From the NCBI GenBank assembly GCA_018396695.1, contig JAGTQU010000001.1:117-64116 (forward strand): DNA of 64,000 nt, given 5' to 3'. This document shows positions 62,280 to 64,000 of this stretch, piece after piece. Under the pieces are notes generated by a model. That model made no database searches. It was given only the letters and a program-made list of their open reading frames with translations, and was not told the DNA's origin. This stretch comes from Candidatus Bathyarchaeota archaeon (GTDB taxonomy: Archaea; Thermoproteota; Bathyarchaeia; TCS64). Numbering within the stretch: the first letter of the stretch is position 1; each line of letters begins with the position of its first letter. The position numbers and the translations under genes were made by a program.

Positions 62280-62738
62280 TTGAGAATTTTTATAATAATG
62301 GCGCATAATAGGGATGAGAAAGAAACTCTTGAAAGGAATGTTGCGGGTGAATACAATACTTTCAGAGTTTACATCCATATGATGAAAGTAAAGAGGGCAA
62401 CAGCTAGAGACGTCTTCAAGGCTTTGAACATGTCTAGTCCTTCTCTTGCAATTTTACATCTGGAGAAGTTGATGTCAATAGGCTTAATTAGAAAGAATTA
62501 TGGGAGCTATCAGATAGTAGCTAAAAAGAGGATTGGGCTTTTAAAGTTCTTCATTCTGATAGGGAGATGGTTCATACCAAGAACCTTTTTTTACTCGATA
62601 TTTTTCTTTTCAATGATGATAGTTTTTCTACTCTTTTCATATGAAAATCAGACCCTATTTATTCCAGCTTTTGTCGCGTTAATTAATGCACTAATTAACT
62701 TCTACGAGACTCTCAGCTTTTACAGAGTCCTTCCTTAA
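62280..62738 (+). CDS. membrane-anchored helix-turn-helix protein
   Basis: N-terminal wHTH-like segment (VKRATARDVFKALNMSSPSLAILHLEKLMSIGLIRK) followed by two TM helices. Confidence 0.45.
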   Translation: MRIFIIMAHNRDEKETLERNVAGEYNTFRVYIHMMKVKRATARDVFKALNMSSPSLAILHLEKLMSIGLIRKNYGSYQIVAKKRIGLLKFFILIGRWFIPRTFFYSIFFFSMMIVFLLFSYENQTLFIPAFVALINALINFYETLSFYRVLP

Positions 62739-62777
62739 TGTGTTCAACAATTTGATTTATATTAATGGTAAAACTCG

Positions 62778-63284
62778 GTGAGGTTGATGATAGGCTCAGA
62801 AAGCGGTCAATCGACAAAAAAATTTACTTTTCTCACAATTATTACCATAGCACTTGGTATTAGTTCAGCCCTCTCTCTTTACTGGATATATAAACTACCG
62901 AAAGAGTCGATAAATGTTGAGAAAATGAAGATATCTCCAATTCTTTACACGGATAAAGAAAAATATAATGTTGGTGATCCCATTCGATTAGGAGTTGTTC
63001 TCAGCAATGAAGAGACTACAAGATTAGAAGTAGTACGTGTCGAATACAATCTTACAATCTTCGAAACTGAACAAAAAATTTATGAGACAAATATCCGATA
63101 CGAATTCGGCAGACCAATCATAATTGAACCTAATTCCACTTATTGGATTCCAACGGGACAGAGCTGGAATCAGAGAGATCTTCTTAACCGCCAGGTGCCT
63201 GAAGGCAGATATCTCCTTGTATTAACACTTCTACCCTACAACCAAACGGCTTCAAAAATAGTCGTTATAAACAACGATCAATAA
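62778..63284 (+). CDS. hypothetical exported protein
   Basis: 168 aa, N-terminal TM, beta-rich remainder. Confidence 0.4.
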   Translation: MRLMIGSESGQSTKKFTFLTIITIALGISSALSLYWIYKLPKESINVEKMKISPILYTDKEKYNVGDPIRLGVVLSNEETTRLEVVRVEYNLTIFETEQKIYETNIRYEFGRPIIIEPNSTYWIPTGQSWNQRDLLNRQVPEGRYLLVLTLLPYNQTASKIVVINNDQ

Positions 63285-63424
63285 TGCTAATAGTAAATAT
63301 CTAAGGGTCTGGATAATATTCTTTAAACCTAAGACAGAATTAAAAATTACAACTTTTCATTATCATTACAAAAATAGAAGTTAACATGTGGTTTAGACTC
63401 AATTTATTGACTTTCTTTTTGCCA

Positions 63425-64000
63425 TCATTTTATGAAAAACTGGTCAACTATGTCCCGAGCCTTCTCACGCTTCTCTTGGAACTCTATGAGGAATCGTTTC
63501 ACTTTCTCCGCCAGCCTCGCTTTACAATCTCCACATATAATGGTTCCTGCCCTGCATTCTCTTTCAAGTTCAGTGAGTTTTTTGTCGTCCTCCTCGAAAA
63601 GGTAGTAGCAGTAAGCATATACGGTACATATTGAAGGGTCTCCTCCATGCTCCTTCTGCTCCCTTACGGTTGGTCTCCCGCCAGTATAAGCGGTCATTAT
63701 CTTCTTAGCTGCAACCTCAGGGGGGTCGACGGTGAAGATCGCTGTCTCAGGCATCGAAGCCGACATTTTTCCTCTTCTTCCAAGACCTGGAAGGAATTTC
63801 GCGTGCATCTGAGCAGGCTTATAAAACCCAAGCTTCTCAGCGATATCCCTGGTCATCCTCCAGTATGGATCCTGATCGATAGCTGCAGGTATTAGTACAG
63901 CTACATTTCTCTTCTCCCTAACCGATTGGATGAAACATGGAGTAGCCTGTATAGCAGGAAAGAATATGATGCCTATATTATCGCTATCTGAAAGCCCGAA
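63425..64000 (-). CDS. class I aminoacyl-tRNA synthetase (Trp/Tyr-RS subfamily; probably tryptophanyl-tRNA synthetase), 5' part outside window
   Basis: KMSAS (KMSKS-type) motif, AIDQDPY motif on minus strand continuing past position 64000. Confidence 0.6.
   Translation of the reverse strand, partial: FGLSDSDNIGIIFFPAIQATPCFIQSVREKRNVAVLIPAAIDQDPYWRMTRDIAEKLGFYKPAQMHAKFLPGLGRRGKMSASMPETAIFTVDPPEVAAKKIMTAYTGGRPTVREQKEHGGDPSICTVYAYCYYLFEEDDKKLTELERECRAGTIICGDCKARLAEKVKRFLIEFQEKREKARDIVDQFFIK

Overview
Archaeal chromosomal segment, moderate GC. Archaeal hallmarks include Nop5/fibrillarin, GatDE, Elp3, Alba, geranylgeranyl reductase and archaeal-type tRNAs, which suggests a TACK/Thermoproteota-like lineage. 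Gene density is high and most content is housekeeping.

Supported gene content:
- A leu operon leuA-leuA'-leuCDB, flanked by tRNA-Val and tRNA-Asp.
- A divergent purine cluster, purE on the plus strand and purS-purL-purQ on the minus strand.
- adk and pyrB, and a nurA-herA pair.
- gatD-gatE, elp3, and pyrD-pyrK.
- Nop5, Alba, fibrillarin, and rnhB.
- A CoA-transferase, ogt, and two PLP enzymes.
- A complex I-like operon nuoABCDHIJKN.
- GGPP synthase, an OYE reductase, a HIT protein, and a partial aaRS at the window end.

Things that stand out:
1. A run of seven paralogous small winged-helix proteins (22.6-25.0 kb), next to nurA-herA. A palindromic operator-like site sits in the shared promoter region.
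2. An unusual number of lesioned genes:
   - a second IPMS-family paralog with an in-frame TGA plus an N-terminal frameshift;
   - a frameshifted Alba;
   - shattered glycosyltransferase genes;
   - a fully decayed galT-galK (Leloir) operon;
   - a split nuoJ.
   These coexist with long intact essential genes. Several lesions lie at A/G runs, so sequencing indels must be excluded.
3. A perfect 291-bp direct repeat, with an 18-bp unique spacer, inside a class-V PLP enzyme gene.
4. A 1.46-kb AT-rich stretch (40.7-42.2 kb) with no convincing ORF, carrying a tRNA T-arm-like fragment.
5. A reduced complex I gene set with a single antiporter-like subunit.

No CRISPR array, integrase or transposase was seen.
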